A DNA stretch of 64,000 bases from Acidiferrobacterales bacterium (GCA_048060695.1 JBGMQT010000001.1:29545-93544); one strand, 5' to 3'; numbered from the stretch's first letter, positions 20,114 to 32,747 are shown. Notes: generated by a model from the letters alone, not told the origin. Translations and numbers: made by a program.

Positions 20114-20239
20114 GCGGAAATCCCCGTTTTTCCTTCAAATTCGAGTGAACGGCGTCTTGGCGCCGGCAGTGCTTTGTACGGAATGGGTTACGGAGTGTCA
20201 ATACGGGACAGACCTGAAAAAGCTGGGAAAAAGCTTTTT

Positions 20240-20268
20240 TTGACAGAAGTTACAGCCGGTTATATGAT
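20240..20268 (+). promoter_or_regulatory. Sigma70-like promoter upstream of yceD-rpmF-plsX
   Basis: TTGACA (20240-20245), a 17-nt spacer, then TATGAT (20263-20268). Only 9 nt separate the -10 from the yceD ATG. Confidence 0.45.
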
Positions 20269-20277
20269 GCGCGCCCT

Positions 20278-20814
20278 ATGTCAGGGGGCTTGCCTTCCAG
20301 TATCGACCCGATTCAGCTGGCCGACCAGAATACCCACCTTTCAGGTGTGATTCCGCTTCGCCGGATGAAGCGCCTGCTGGCCTATTGCCGGTCAGACAAG
20401 GGTGACGTTTCTATCGAGTTGGCGTTTAGCTATGATCGAGGACGTGAGGTACGAGCGCTGCGGGGCGAAGTCGCAACAGAGATCACAGCGACCTGCGAAC
20501 GCTGTCTGGAGCCGGTTACGCTGACACTGAAAAACCGTGTGGACTTGCTGTTGTTAACACCGGGCCAGGGAAACCTGGAAGAACAGGATGAGGTATTAAT
20601 TGTAACTGAACCAGTGTCTCTGGCTGAACTGGTTGAAAATGAACTGATCCTGGGGATGCCGATGGTCCCAAAACACGCGCTCGATCAATGTATGGCCGCA
20701 AAAGTGACGGGCAATTCGGGCATCCAGTCGGGCACACTTGAACCGGCACAGGACAGCGGCAAAGAGTCGCCCTTTGCCGGGCTGGCGAAGCTGAAACGAT
20801 TTGATCGCGAATAG
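20278..20814 (+). CDS. yceD: YceD (DUF177) large-ribosomal-subunit accumulation protein
   Basis: 178 aa. 'LPSSIDPIQLADQ' aligns with the E. coli YceD N-terminus and a 'CERCLEP' motif is present. It directly precedes rpmF-plsX. Confidence 0.8.
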   Translation: MSGGLPSSIDPIQLADQNTHLSGVIPLRRMKRLLAYCRSDKGDVSIELAFSYDRGREVRALRGEVATEITATCERCLEPVTLTLKNRVDLLLLTPGQGNLEEQDEVLIVTEPVSLAELVENELILGMPMVPKHALDQCMAAKVTGNSGIQSGTLEPAQDSGKESPFAGLAKLKRFDRE

Positions 20815-20837
20815 ACTTACGAGAATGAGGAAATAAC

Positions 20838-21017
20838 ATGGCGGTACAACAAAACCGGAAGACTCCCTCCAAGCGAGGAATGCGTCGCGCCCATAGCGCA
20901 CTCGAGACATCAACCTTGTCGATCGACCCTACCAGCGGTGAAACACATCGACGACACCATGTCACCGCAGATGGTTACTATCGCGGTCGCAAGGTAGTTG
21001 AAAGCAAGTCCGATTAA
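20838..21017 (+). CDS. rpmF: 50S ribosomal protein L32
   Basis: Not in the ORF track because it is only 59 aa. ATG 20838 gives '[19 protein letters not shown]...' with a GAGGA SD upstream and TAA at 21015-21017. Confidence 0.9.
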   Translation: MAVQQNRKTPSKRGMRRAHSALETSTLSIDPTSGETHRRHHVTADGYYRGRKVVESKSD

Positions 21018-21050
21018 ATATCACAAGTCTCACACCGACCGATATCAACC

Positions 21051-22067
21051 GTGACCTACACGGTAGCCCTTGATGCCATGGGAGGCGACCACGGTGCTTC
21101 TGTCACTGTACCGGCCGCACTCTCCGTTCTCGCCAAACAAACTGATCTGCGCCTGATTCTGGTCGGGAAGGAAGACCGGTTACGTGCAGAGCTTGAACGG
21201 CTGGGCGCTGCTGATACCAGGAACCTGAGCCTGCACCATGCTTCCGAAGTGGTCGATATGGACGAGCCCCCGGCGCAGGCGCTGAAAAAGAAAAAAGATT
21301 CATCGATGCGTGTAGCTATCGATCTGGTCAAAGCCGGCCAGGCCAACGCCGCCGTTTCTGCCGGTAATACCGGCGCGCTCATGGCCACGGCACGTTTTGT
21401 ACTCAAGATGCTGCCAGGCATTAATCGTCCCGCTATTCTCAAGATCCTGCCGACGATAAAAAGCGAAACCGCAATGCTGGATCTGGGTGCCAACGTTGAT
21501 TGTTCGGCAGAGCAGCTCCGTCAGTTCGGGATTATGGGCGCTGCGTTGATGATTGCCGCACAAGGTGTATCAAATCCAAAGGTCGGCCTTCTCAACATAG
21601 GTGAGGAGGACATAAAAGGTAATGAAGTCGTTAAACAAGCCAATGAACTAATGCAGCAGGCACCGATTAATTATGTCGGTTATGTTGAAGGCGATGAGAT
21701 CTATTCGGGTAACATCGACGTTATCGTCTGCGATGGATTTGTTGGCAATGTTGCGCTGAAAACCACGGAGGGCCTGGCTAAAATGATTTCAGTATTCATA
21801 CGCGAAGAATTTAGTAAGAACTATTTCACCCGTTTTACAGCGCTTGTTGCACTTCCGGTGTTAAGGGCGTTTCGTCGCCGTGTGGACCCGCGCCGGTACA
21901 ATGGCGCCAGCCTGGTTGGGCTGCGCGGAACTGTAGTGAAAAGCCATGGTGGTGCGGATGCGTTGGCATTTGAATATGCGATTGAAGAAGCCATCAAGGA
22001 AGCCAGGAACAATGTTCCAGAAAAAATAAGCAGTTTGCTGGCTGAAGCAGTGGCGGAGAATGGTTAG
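21051..22067 (+). CDS. plsX: Phosphate acyltransferase PlsX
   Basis: 338 aa with the '[10 protein letters not shown]' motif. GTG start. Sits in the rpmF-plsX-fabH order. Confidence 0.9.
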   Translation: MTYTVALDAMGGDHGASVTVPAALSVLAKQTDLRLILVGKEDRLRAELERLGAADTRNLSLHHASEVVDMDEPPAQALKKKKDSSMRVAIDLVKAGQANAAVSAGNTGALMATARFVLKMLPGINRPAILKILPTIKSETAMLDLGANVDCSAEQLRQFGIMGAALMIAAQGVSNPKVGLLNIGEEDIKGNEVVKQANELMQQAPINYVGYVEGDEIYSGNIDVIVCDGFVGNVALKTTEGLAKMISVFIREEFSKNYFTRFTALVALPVLRAFRRRVDPRRYNGASLVGLRGTVVKSHGGADALAFEYAIEEAIKEARNNVPEKISSLLAEAVAENG

Positions 22068-23037
22068 CGTGCATTATTCCCGCATAATTGGAACCGGTAG
22101 CTACTTGCCCGAAAAGGTGCTGACCAACGCCGATCTGGAGAACATGGTGGAGACATCCGACGACTGGATTGTCTCCCGCACTGGCATCCGTGAGCGTCGC
22201 GTCGCCGCAGAGGGGCAAACGACAAGCGATCTCGCACTAGAGGCATCTAAAAAAGCATTGGATGCCGCCGGTATCACTAAAGACGAGATTGATCTGATAA
22301 TTTTTGCCACTACTACTGCAGATCGGGTTTTTCCCAGTAGCGCCTGCCTGCTGCAGGATCGACTGGATATCCATGGATGCCCCGCGTTCGATGTGCAAGC
22401 GGTCTGCACCGGATTCGTTTACGCGCTGGGCATTGCTGACAAGTTTATTAAAACCGGCACCACGAAATGTGCGTTAGTTGTTGGCGCAGAAACGCTGTCA
22501 CGCATTGTCGATTGGAAAGATCGGTCTACCTGTATATTGTTTGGTGATGGTGCGGGTGCCGTTGTCGTCAAGGCCTCCGATCAACCCGGTATAATTAGTT
22601 CACACTTGCATGCCGACGGTAAATACAAGGAGCTCCTTACCGTCCCGTCGGGTGTTTCGCAGGGTTATGAGAAACTGATCGAAGGCGAGGCCTACATGCA
22701 GATGCAGGGCAACGAAGTCTTCAAGATGGCGGTGAATACGCTGGGACGAATAGTTGACGAAACGCTCGCGGCCAGCGGGCTCCAGAAGTCGGATATAACC
22801 TGGCTGGTTCCACATCAGGCGAATATTCGTATTATTAATGCCACTGCCAGAAAACTCGGGATGTCTCTCGACAATGTCGTTGTCACGGTCGATAGACACG
22901 GCAATACTTCGGCGGCCTCGATCCCGTTGGCATTTGATGAGGCCGTACGCGATGGCCGTATCAAGACTGGCGATACCGTTTTGATGGAAGCATTTGGTGG
23001 TGGTTTTACCTGGGGCTCGGTGTTGCTTAAGTATTAG
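22060..23037 (+). CDS. fabH: 3-oxoacyl-ACP synthase III FabH
   Basis: 'IIGTGSYLP', active-site Cys in '[15 protein letters not shown]', 'VPHQANIRI' and 'GNTSAASIP'. The start could instead be GTG 22069. Confidence 0.9.
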   Translation: MVSVHYSRIIGTGSYLPEKVLTNADLENMVETSDDWIVSRTGIRERRVAAEGQTTSDLALEASKKALDAAGITKDEIDLIIFATTTADRVFPSSACLLQDRLDIHGCPAFDVQAVCTGFVYALGIADKFIKTGTTKCALVVGAETLSRIVDWKDRSTCILFGDGAGAVVVKASDQPGIISSHLHADGKYKELLTVPSGVSQGYEKLIEGEAYMQMQGNEVFKMAVNTLGRIVDETLAASGLQKSDITWLVPHQANIRIINATARKLGMSLDNVVVTVDRHGNTSAASIPLAFDEAVRDGRIKTGDTVLMEAFGGGFTWGSVLLKY

Positions 23038-23046
23038 GCTAACTGG

Positions 23047-23194
23047 TTTTCGACGCAAAGGCGCGAAGACGCAAAGAAAAATAACGTCGTTGGGCCGGCT
23101 ACCCGCCGGCCTCAAAATGCATACTGTTTTTCTTGGCGGTCCGAAGGACCGCCTATAAGAATTTCTCTGCGCCTTCGCGCCTTTGCGCCGAAAA
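23047..23194. repeat. 148-bp palindromic (MITE/REP-like) intergenic element between fabH and fabD
   Basis: 33-nt terminal inverted repeats (23047-23079 against 23162-23194, 30/33 complementary) enclose two GC hairpins (23093-23111 and 23135-23153). Confidence 0.6.
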
Positions 23195-23220
23195 TTATTA
23201 TGGGTTTTGGAGTAGATTTA

Positions 23221-24156
23221 ATGACTTTAGGTTTTGTATTTCCGGGACAGGGGTCCCAGTCGGTCGGTATGCTGAAAGAACTTGCTGCCGATTACAACGA
23301 AGTAAATTACACGTACGACGAAGCCAGTGCGGTGCTTGGGTTCGATCTGTGGCAATTGATACAGGATGGTCCCGAAGACACTCTCAATCGGACACAAAAT
23401 ACCCAACCGGCCATGTTGTGTGCGGGCGTCGCAGTGTGGCGCGTATGGCATTCCAGAAATGGTCCGACACCTTCCGTTTTGGCGGGACATAGTCTCGGTG
23501 AATACACCGCACTGGTGTGCGCCGGAGCGATCAAATTTAGCGATGCGGTTAGTCTAGTGGCGGATCGGGGACGTTTTATGCAAGAAGCAGTACCGGTTGG
23601 GCAGGGTGGCATGGCTGCCATTATTGGCCTGGACGATGATGCTGTCGCTGTCGTTTGTGACAAGGCTGCCGATGGTGATGTGCTCAGTCCGGTCAATTAC
23701 AATGCACCCGGGCAAGTGGTAATTGCCGGTAGCAAAACCGCTGTTGATCGCGCCGTTGTGGCCAGCAAGGAAGCAGGCGCGAAACGTGCATTGCTACTGC
23801 CGGTGAGTGTGCCATCGCATTGTGCACTCATGCATCCGGCGGCAAAACAAATGAAACAACGTCTTGCCGCGACTAGTATCACCACACCGGAGATTCCGGT
23901 ATTGCACAATGTAAACGTCACATCGGAGACCAGCGCGGACGCTATTCGTGATGCGCTGGTACGCCAGATTGAATCACCAGTACAGTGGGTGAATACTATT
24001 AATAAAATGGCTGCGGATGGTACCGCAACGTTCATTGAGTGTGGGCCTGGCAAGGTCCTGTCCGGACTCAACCGCCGGATCAACAAAGCAACCAAAACCT
24101 GGCCCTTATTTAGTACCGCCACGCTGGACGAGGCACTTGCGGCTGTCAGTGAATAG
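23221..24156 (+). CDS. fabD: Malonyl-CoA:ACP transacylase FabD
   Basis: 'FVFPGQGSQ' and 'GHSLGEYTAL' motifs. Start trimmed from 23200 to ATG 23221. Confidence 0.9.
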   Translation: MTLGFVFPGQGSQSVGMLKELAADYNEVNYTYDEASAVLGFDLWQLIQDGPEDTLNRTQNTQPAMLCAGVAVWRVWHSRNGPTPSVLAGHSLGEYTALVCAGAIKFSDAVSLVADRGRFMQEAVPVGQGGMAAIIGLDDDAVAVVCDKAADGDVLSPVNYNAPGQVVIAGSKTAVDRAVVASKEAGAKRALLLPVSVPSHCALMHPAAKQMKQRLAATSITTPEIPVLHNVNVTSETSADAIRDALVRQIESPVQWVNTINKMAADGTATFIECGPGKVLSGLNRRINKATKTWPLFSTATLDEALAAVSE

Positions 24157-24177
24157 ATAATTACGGAGCGATTCGAA

Positions 24178-24921
24178 ATGATACTTAAAGATGAAGTGGC
24201 ACTGGTCACCGGTGCCAGTCGCGGTATTGGTCAGGCGATCGCGCTGGAACTCGGAAAAAGAGGGGCGAATGTTATTGGCACGGCAACCTCAAGCAAGGGC
24301 GCGGAGGCGATTTCCACATACTTGAGTGAGAGCGGTATTAAAGGGCAGGGCCTGGTGCTGAATGTTACTGACGTAGATTCGGTAAATGAGGCCCTGAAAA
24401 AAATCGCGGAAGGTTGGGGTAGCCCCACCATTCTCGTGAATAATGCCGGCATTACCCGGGACAATTTGTTAATGCGCATGAAAGAAGAAGAGTGGGACGC
24501 CATTATGGAAACCAATTTGAAGTCTTTGTATCGCATGACCAAGGCTTGCCTGCGCCCGATGATGAAAGCCAGGACTGGCAGAATCATCAGCATTGGCTCG
24601 GTCGTGGGCGCCACCGGTAATCCGGGTCAGAGTAACTACGCCGCCGCCAAGGCCGGCGTGATCGGATTCAGCAAGGCGCTTGCACGCGAAGTCGGGTCTC
24701 GTGGCATTACCATCAATGTGGTGGCACCTGGCTTTATTGATACGGATATGACCCGCGCGCTGCCGGAAGATCAACGTGAGGCGCTGTTGAGTCAAATTCC
24801 CCTGGGAAGACTGGGGCAGGCTGACGAAATAGCGTACGCGGTTGCGTTCCTGGCATCGCCGGAAGCGCAGTACATAACCGGACAAACCTTGCATGTCAAT
24901 GGCGGCATGTACCTGAATTGA
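24178..24921 (+). CDS. fabG: 3-oxoacyl-ACP reductase FabG
   Basis: SDR motifs 'TGASRGIGQAIA' and 'YAAAKAG'. Sits in the fab cluster. Confidence 0.9.
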   Translation: MILKDEVALVTGASRGIGQAIALELGKRGANVIGTATSSKGAEAISTYLSESGIKGQGLVLNVTDVDSVNEALKKIAEGWGSPTILVNNAGITRDNLLMRMKEEEWDAIMETNLKSLYRMTKACLRPMMKARTGRIISIGSVVGATGNPGQSNYAAAKAGVIGFSKALAREVGSRGITINVVAPGFIDTDMTRALPEDQREALLSQIPLGRLGQADEIAYAVAFLASPEAQYITGQTLHVNGGMYLN

Positions 24922-25062
24922 GTCCAAACCGGGCCAAAATGGCTTTACGATACAATCAGTTAAAGGTAGTCTCGCGGGCGCTGGACGCCGTTGCATATTG
25001 TGTGATAATTATGCGCCCACTTAAACAAGGCCAGCTACTGCAATACCGGAGGAAACCAGAAT

Positions 25063-25299
25063 ATGAGCAGTGTAGATGAACGCGTCACAAAAATAGTCGC
25101 GGAACAACTTGGGGTCGCTGAGGGGGAAATTTCCAACAGCTCCTCATTCGTGGACGACCTTGGCGCAGATTCGCTCGACACTGTCGAGCTAGTGATGGCC
25201 CTGGAGGAGGAGTTCGATTGCGAAATTCCAGACGAAGAGGCCGAAAAGATTTCGACTGTCCAACTTGCGATTGACTATATCAACGCCAACCTGGGCTAA
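25063..25299 (+). CDS. acpP: Acyl carrier protein
   Basis: 78 aa with the phosphopantetheine site '[19 protein letters not shown]'. Confidence 0.95.
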   Translation: MSSVDERVTKIVAEQLGVAEGEISNSSSFVDDLGADSLDTVELVMALEEEFDCEIPDEEAEKISTVQLAIDYINANLG

Positions 25300-25316
25300 A
25301 TGAAGCAGGATGGCTG

Positions 25317-25347
25317 GGGGTCGTCGGCACCGTATGCCGGCGACCCC
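25317..25347 (+). terminator. Hairpin (possible terminator/attenuator) after acpP
   Basis: 12-bp stem 'ggggtcgtcggc'/'gccggcgacccc' (one G-U pair) with a 7-nt loop and a T-rich tail. It lies between acpP and fabF. Confidence 0.5.
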
Positions 25348-25407
25348 TTGCTAGTTCTGATTCTCTTTTTAAATCGCTAGTTATAAATTCAGTACGAGGT
25401 AGAACGA

Positions 25408-26649
25408 GTGACAAAGCGTCGTGTCGTCATAACCGGTATGGGTATTGTCTCTCCCGTTGGTCTGAACCTGGATCAGAACTGGACCAATATAGTTGCCGGA
25501 AATAGCGGTATCGATCAAATCAGCAATTTTGATGCTAGCGGATATCCGTCCTCCATTGCCGGCGAGGTCAGAAACCTCGACATTAACGACTATTTGCCAC
25601 CCAAGGACGCCCGCCGGATGGATCGCTTTATCCAGCTTGGCATGATCGCGGGCATACAGGCGGTAAAAGACGCCGGGATCGAGGTAACGGAAAAAAACAG
25701 GGAGCGTATCGGTGTCCATATCGGTTCTGGTATTGGCGGACTCGATTCGATCGAGAGCACTACGCTTACCCTGTACGACAAGGGTGTTCGTCGCGTTTCG
25801 CCATTTTATGTTCCCGGCTCCATTATCAACATGATCTCGGGCAACCTTTCAATCAGGTACGGTCTCCAGGGGCCTAACCTTGCAATGGTCACCGCCTGTT
25901 CCACGGCTACCCACGCTATTGGCGATGCCGGGCGTCTGATCGAATACGGTGATGCCGATGTGATGGTGGCCGGCGGTGCAGAAGCCCCGGTTACCCCCAC
26001 CGGGGTTGCCGGTTTCGGCAACGCCAAGGCGCTGTCGTTCCGCAATGATGACCCCGGGGGGGCCAGCCGTCCGTGGGACATGGAGCGGGACGGCTTTGTA
26101 ATAAGCGAGGGCGCAGGTGTGGTGGTGCTCGAAGAACTGGAACATGCCAAAGCACGTGGCGCTAAAATCTACGCAGAGCTTGCCGGTTTTGGTATGAGCG
26201 GCGACGCCCATCACATGACAAGCCCGGTCGAAAGTGGTGAGGGTGCGACGCGCTGTATGAACAACGCCATGCGAAACGCCGGTATCAACAGCGATGATAT
26301 AGATTACATCAATGCGCATGGCACCTCGACTCCGCTTGGTGACGCTGCCGAAACCTGTGCCGTCAAGGCTAGTTTTGGTGATCGTGCCGGAAAAATCGCG
26401 GTGAGTTCCACCAAATCGATGACGGGTCATTTGCTCGGAGCTGCCGGTGGTATTGAGGCTATCTACACAGCACTGGCGGTCCAGAAACAGATCGCACCAC
26501 CGACGATTAATCTCGACAATCCGGATCCGAAATGTGATCTGGATTACGTACCAAATAATGCCCGGGAAATGGATATCAAATACGCGTTATCAAACTCGTT
26601 TGGATTTGGTGGCACCAACGGTACGCTGGTTCTACAGCGATACGAGTAA
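25408..26649 (+). CDS. fabF: 3-oxoacyl-ACP synthase II FabF
   Basis: 413 aa with the active-site Cys in 'ACSTATHAIG', plus 'NAHGTSTP' and 'GHLLGAAG'. GTG start. Confidence 0.9.
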   Translation: MTKRRVVITGMGIVSPVGLNLDQNWTNIVAGNSGIDQISNFDASGYPSSIAGEVRNLDINDYLPPKDARRMDRFIQLGMIAGIQAVKDAGIEVTEKNRERIGVHIGSGIGGLDSIESTTLTLYDKGVRRVSPFYVPGSIINMISGNLSIRYGLQGPNLAMVTACSTATHAIGDAGRLIEYGDADVMVAGGAEAPVTPTGVAGFGNAKALSFRNDDPGGASRPWDMERDGFVISEGAGVVVLEELEHAKARGAKIYAELAGFGMSGDAHHMTSPVESGEGATRCMNNAMRNAGINSDDIDYINAHGTSTPLGDAAETCAVKASFGDRAGKIAVSSTKSMTGHLLGAAGGIEAIYTALAVQKQIAPPTINLDNPDPKCDLDYVPNNAREMDIKYALSNSFGFGGTNGTLVLQRYE

Positions 26650-26654
26650 GATCC

Positions 26655-28067
26655 TTGCGGCAGCGGTCGTTTCCATCTCCGCCTGAGTTCCAGGAATCCG
26701 AAAACGGGTACCGCTATCTCCAGTTTAGCTACCCATACGACCTGTCACGAATTCAGCAGGCAAACCCGGCCCGTTACCCCTTCTTGCTGGAAAGCCCGTC
26801 AAAGGGTTCCAATGGAGTTTATGACATCTTGTTCGGATTTTCCGGCGATCGCCTTGAATTGAACGGGGCAAACGAACTCCTGCTGAATGACCATAAAATT
26901 TCCGGCCGCTTTTTTGACCAGCTTCGAAATTCTCTTGGCGCCGAAAATATTGATGCGATCGACAAGGTACCCGTCGACACACCCTTTAGTGGCGGTTGGT
27001 TCGTTTACCTTGGTTATGAAATGGCGAGAGAAATTGAACCCACACTATCTGATTTGCGAAATGACGAATCCTTGCCGCTGGCGATAGCGCATCGTATCCC
27101 GATAGGGATCGTGGTGAATCAGGATGACGCAACCACCACCATCATTGGTGATCCGGGTGCCAGCGACCAACAACTCGAACAGGTCTTGCGGGATCTGCAA
27201 CAGACATCAGCCATTCCGGATAATCACCAAACAGCGTTAACCGGCATTTCCGAGGAAAAACCTGAAATCTGGCTCAAAGCGGTTGAGCGAGCCAAGCACT
27301 ACATCCGCGAAGGGGATATTTTTCAGGCCAATTTGTCGAGACGATGGCAAGGCCAGTACAAGTACCCCGTTAACCCGCACCGGTTATACCGGGACCTCAA
27401 AACCACCAATCCGGCACCCTTTGCCGGTTTGATGCTTCTGAAAAATCAAGTGGCGATCATCAGCTCGTCTCCCGAAAGACTGGTTCGTGTGCGCGATGGC
27501 ACTGTCTCAACTCGACCCATTGCCGGAACCTTTCCACGAGGCAATAGTGCCAACGAAGACAAGCTGCAGTCTGATGCATTACTCAGACATCCAAAGGAGA
27601 AAGCAGAACACATTATGTTAATTGATCTTGAACGCAATGATCTTGGTCGCGTGTGCAGGCCGGGCAGCGTTCGTGTTACCGAGTTAATGGCACTGGAAAC
27701 CTACAGCCACGTTCATCATATCGTGTCAGAAGTGAAGGGACGTTTGCGACGGGACGTTGACCCGGTTGATGTCATCATGGCCGTATTTCCAGGCGGTACC
27801 ATTACTGGCTGCCCAAAGGTTCGCTGCATGGAAATAATCAATGAACTGGAAGACAGTGCCCGTGGCGCCTACACGGGTTCCATGGGTTATATCAATAGAG
27901 ACGGTTCACTGGATTTTAATATACTGATACGCACTATCGTAAGCCATGACACCTTGGTGTCACTCAGGGCCGGCGCCGGCATCGTCGCCGATTCGGTTCC
28001 CGAGCGGGAACTGGCTGAAACACGCGCCAAAGCTGAAGGGTTATTGCGCGCATTGGAGTTGCCATGA
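26655..28067 (+). CDS. pabB: Aminodeoxychorismate synthase component I
   Basis: Chorismate-binding motifs 'PGGTITGCPKVRCMEII' and 'RGAYTGSMGY'. It is followed by pabC with a 4-nt overlap. The TTG start is uncertain. Confidence 0.8.
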   Translation: MRQRSFPSPPEFQESENGYRYLQFSYPYDLSRIQQANPARYPFLLESPSKGSNGVYDILFGFSGDRLELNGANELLLNDHKISGRFFDQLRNSLGAENIDAIDKVPVDTPFSGGWFVYLGYEMAREIEPTLSDLRNDESLPLAIAHRIPIGIVVNQDDATTTIIGDPGASDQQLEQVLRDLQQTSAIPDNHQTALTGISEEKPEIWLKAVERAKHYIREGDIFQANLSRRWQGQYKYPVNPHRLYRDLKTTNPAPFAGLMLLKNQVAIISSSPERLVRVRDGTVSTRPIAGTFPRGNSANEDKLQSDALLRHPKEKAEHIMLIDLERNDLGRVCRPGSVRVTELMALETYSHVHHIVSEVKGRLRRDVDPVDVIMAVFPGGTITGCPKVRCMEIINELEDSARGAYTGSMGYINRDGSLDFNILIRTIVSHDTLVSLRAGAGIVADSVPERELAETRAKAEGLLRALELP

Positions 28068-28877
28068 ACACTGCCATTGTTGGCATGGTAAATGGGAGAA
28101 TTTCCGATCATATTTCTGCCAATGATCGGGGGCTGCAATTTGGTGATGGCTGTTTTGAAACCATCGCTGTTGAACATGGCCGGGCACTTATGCTGGACAA
28201 GCACTTGATACGTCTGGCAACTGGCTGCGAACGCCTGGGAATCAATCTGGACGGCCTCGTTGACCAGTTGACCGAAGAAGCAGGAAAAGTTGCGCGATCT
28301 GCAGAAAAAGGCGTGCTCAAAATAATTCTCACCCGCGGGGCGGGCGGGCGCGGCTATCGTACCGATCCAGAGCTGGTCCCAACACGTATATTGTCATTGG
28401 CCCCGTGGCCACATTTTCCAAAAGACTATCGCACCGAAGGCATTGCGATGCGACTGTGCGATACTCGACTCTCCGAGAATAGAAAACTTGCTGGAATTAA
28501 ACACCTCAACCGGCTTGAGCAGGTGCTGGCACGATCAGAATGGCACGACAGCCATCAGGAAGGTTTAATGCTGGACCAGGCGGGCCATGTGATTGAGGGC
28601 ACAATGTCGAACATCTTTATCCAGGTCGGGAACGAGCTGAGGACGCCAGATCTGGCGCGATGCGGTGTGTCAGGTGTGATGCGAAATGAAATACTTCGGT
28701 ATCTTTCAAAGGCCGGAATCATTTGCCGGGAAAGCCGGATCGATCTTGAAATGGTTTTTAGCGCCGATGCATTGTTTGTCTGCAACAGCCTGATAGGTCT
28801 GTGGCCCGTAACCAGCCTGGATGATAAATCGTTCCCGATTACCGACAGGGAGAGAGAGCTGCAGGAGGCGATAAAAG

Positions 28878-28897
<20 letters not shown>
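28064..28897 (+). CDS. pabC: Aminodeoxychorismate lyase (class IV aminotransferase fold)
   Basis: 277 aa. The E. coli-like order pabC-mltG-tmk-holB-ycfH supports the call. Confidence 0.75.
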
Positions 28898-30513
<1,616 letters not shown>

Positions 30514-30514
<1 letters not shown>

Positions 30515-31494
30515 TGACCGCGCTAACTGATCAGCACCCATGGCTGTCCGATCCCTGGCAGAAATTGACCAGGCGCCTGGACCGTATCCCGCACGCCTTG
30601 TTATTGGCGGGCCTCAATGGGATGGCAAAAAACCGATTCGCTTTTGAACTTGCTGCGTTGTTACTCTGCACCAAATCGAAAGATGATACCCCGTGCGGGA
30701 ACTGTAGAAGCTGTAAGTTGTTTACTGCAAAAACAAACCCGGACATCAAAATAGTGGCGCCGATCGAAGAGGGAAAATTGATCTCCATCGATCAGGTACG
30801 CGGAATCATCTCCTGGCTTGCCCTGACGCCACACACTGCGGATCGCAAAATCGTTGTCCTGACCCCGGCCGAGATGATGACCACACAGGCCGCCAATAGT
30901 CTGTTAAAGCAACTGGAGGAACCGCCCGGTAATTCCATACTGATACTGGTGAGTCACGCACCGCATCGATTGCCCCAAACAATTCGTAGCCGCTGTTCCC
31001 GTATTGAATTTAAACCACCTCCCGCCGAGGAAGCGGCGCTTTGGTTGGCAAATCAGAATGTCGCCAAGAGCGATATCGTCTCGCTACTTTCCGCGGCCGG
31101 GGGTGCGCCCCCGGCCGCGCTCTTACTGGCACAGCAAGGATACGCCGAGATACAACAGAGCATGCTTGAGCAACTGCTGGCAATTTCCAGCGGCGGTAAC
31201 CCGCTGCGTTGTGCGGAACAATGGCAAAAGACGGGAGGAGAGCTGGCACTGCGTTGGTTCTACGGTTTCCTGCTGAGTATTTTGAAGCTGACGCTGAACG
31301 CCGGTGATTCACAGAATCTGGAAAATGAAAAAGCGGCTTCTGCTATTAGTGTCGCAGCAAAACGAATTCCGGCCAGCAGGGTGGCAGAACTACTGGAAGC
31401 GGTAAACGAAGCCCGTCGACTGATTGCGACACCGGTCGACGAGCGCTTGCTTCTGGAAGATATTCTGATACGCTGGAACAGGGTATACGCATAA
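30514..31494 (+). CDS. holB: DNA polymerase III delta' subunit
   Basis: 'HALLLAGLNGMAK', Zn module 'CGNCRSC', and 'IRSRCSRIEF'. Position after tmk fits holB. Confidence 0.8.
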
Positions 31495-31509
31495 TAAAAG
31501 CGAGGTTTC

Positions 31510-31899
31510 ATGGCAGGTCCGGCACCAGGTGGAACGCCGCCCGGTAGAGCGGGCCGGCCGGGAGCACGCCCGGGAGTACTTTCCCTCACCATCAAAGACA
31601 AGAATGCGCTCTATGCGGCTTACATGCCTTATTTGAAGAACGGCGGCATTTTCGTTCCCAGTAGCAAGCCCTACAAAGTTGGTGCAGAGGTATTCATGTT
31701 GCTCACATTGATGGATTCCAAAGAGAAAATTCCCGTAGCAGGGCAAGTTGTCTGGGTGACGCCACAGGGAGCGCAGGGAAACCGTGCTGCCGGAATTGGA
31801 ATCCAGTTTAGCGACAAAGATTCCGGTACTGCACGAAATAAAATTGAAGGCCTGTTGGGCGGTGCGCTCAAATCCGAGCGACCTACGCACACGATGTAG
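31510..31899 (+). CDS. pilZ: Type IV pilus assembly protein PilZ
   Basis: 'GVLSLTIKDKNALYAAYMPYLKNGGIFVP...GNRAAGIGIQF...PTHTM' closely matches the Pseudomonas PilZ sequence as I remember it. Position after holB is the same. Confidence 0.85.
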   Translation: MAGPAPGGTPPGRAGRPGARPGVLSLTIKDKNALYAAYMPYLKNGGIFVPSSKPYKVGAEVFMLLTLMDSKEKIPVAGQVVWVTPQGAQGNRAAGIGIQFSDKDSGTARNKIEGLLGGALKSERPTHTM

Positions 31900-31923
31900 C
31901 CACGCAGGATCCGTTCCCCCGTC

Positions 31924-32697
31924 TTGATCGATCTAGTAGATTCCCACTGCCATATTAATTTTGATCCGCTCGGCCTGGAGGCTGAAGAGGTGATCCAGCG
32001 GGCCAAAGACAATGGCGTCGGTCGAATGTTGTGTGTTTCTGTCAACATGGAAGACTACCCCCAGGTGCTGGATATCGCCCAACGTTATGAAAATGTTTAC
32101 GCGTCAGTTGGAGTCCACCCCAATGAGCGGGAGGGCAGGGAACCCGATGTGGATGAGCTCGTTGAGCTTGCCGGCAATAGCCACGTTGTCGCAATAGGTG
32201 AAACCGGACTGGACTACTTTCGTACTGAAGAAAAAATGCAGTGGCAGCACGAACGTTTTCGCCGGCATATTAATGCCGCCAAACAGATTAAAAAACCGCT
32301 CATTATTCATACTCGCGATTCATCAGCTGATACCTTGCAGATTCTGGAAGAAGAGGGGGCTCGTGATGTCGGGGGCGTTATGCACTGTTTTGTTGAAGAT
32401 TGGGAAACCGCTCGTCGGGCGATGGACCTCGGCTTCTATATCTCCTTTTCGGGTATCGTGACATTCAATAGCGCGCGTGAACTTCAGGACGTCGCCAAAC
32501 GTATGCCACTGGACCGGATGCTGGTTGAGACCGATTCGCCCTACCTCGCGCCGGTGCCGTATCGCGGTAAAACCAACGAACCCGCTTATACGCGTTATGT
32601 TGCTGATTTTATTGCGAAACTTCGCAGCACATCACTTGAAGAATTATCAAAAAATACGACAGCGAATTTCTTCAATCTGTTTACCGCAGCAGCATAA
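31924..32697 (+). CDS. TatD-family metal-dependent DNase/hydrolase (YcfH type)
   Basis: 'DSHCHINF', 'IIHTRDS' and 'ETDSPYLAP' motifs. TTG start. Confidence 0.85.
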   Translation: MIDLVDSHCHINFDPLGLEAEEVIQRAKDNGVGRMLCVSVNMEDYPQVLDIAQRYENVYASVGVHPNEREGREPDVDELVELAGNSHVVAIGETGLDYFRTEEKMQWQHERFRRHINAAKQIKKPLIIHTRDSSADTLQILEEEGARDVGGVMHCFVEDWETARRAMDLGFYISFSGIVTFNSARELQDVAKRMPLDRMLVETDSPYLAPVPYRGKTNEPAYTRYVADFIAKLRSTSLEELSKNTTANFFNLFTAAA

Positions 32698-32747
32698 TAA
32701 TTGGCGCGGTTTTAATTGAGTTTGAACTACCAAGACAGGAGCTAGCC

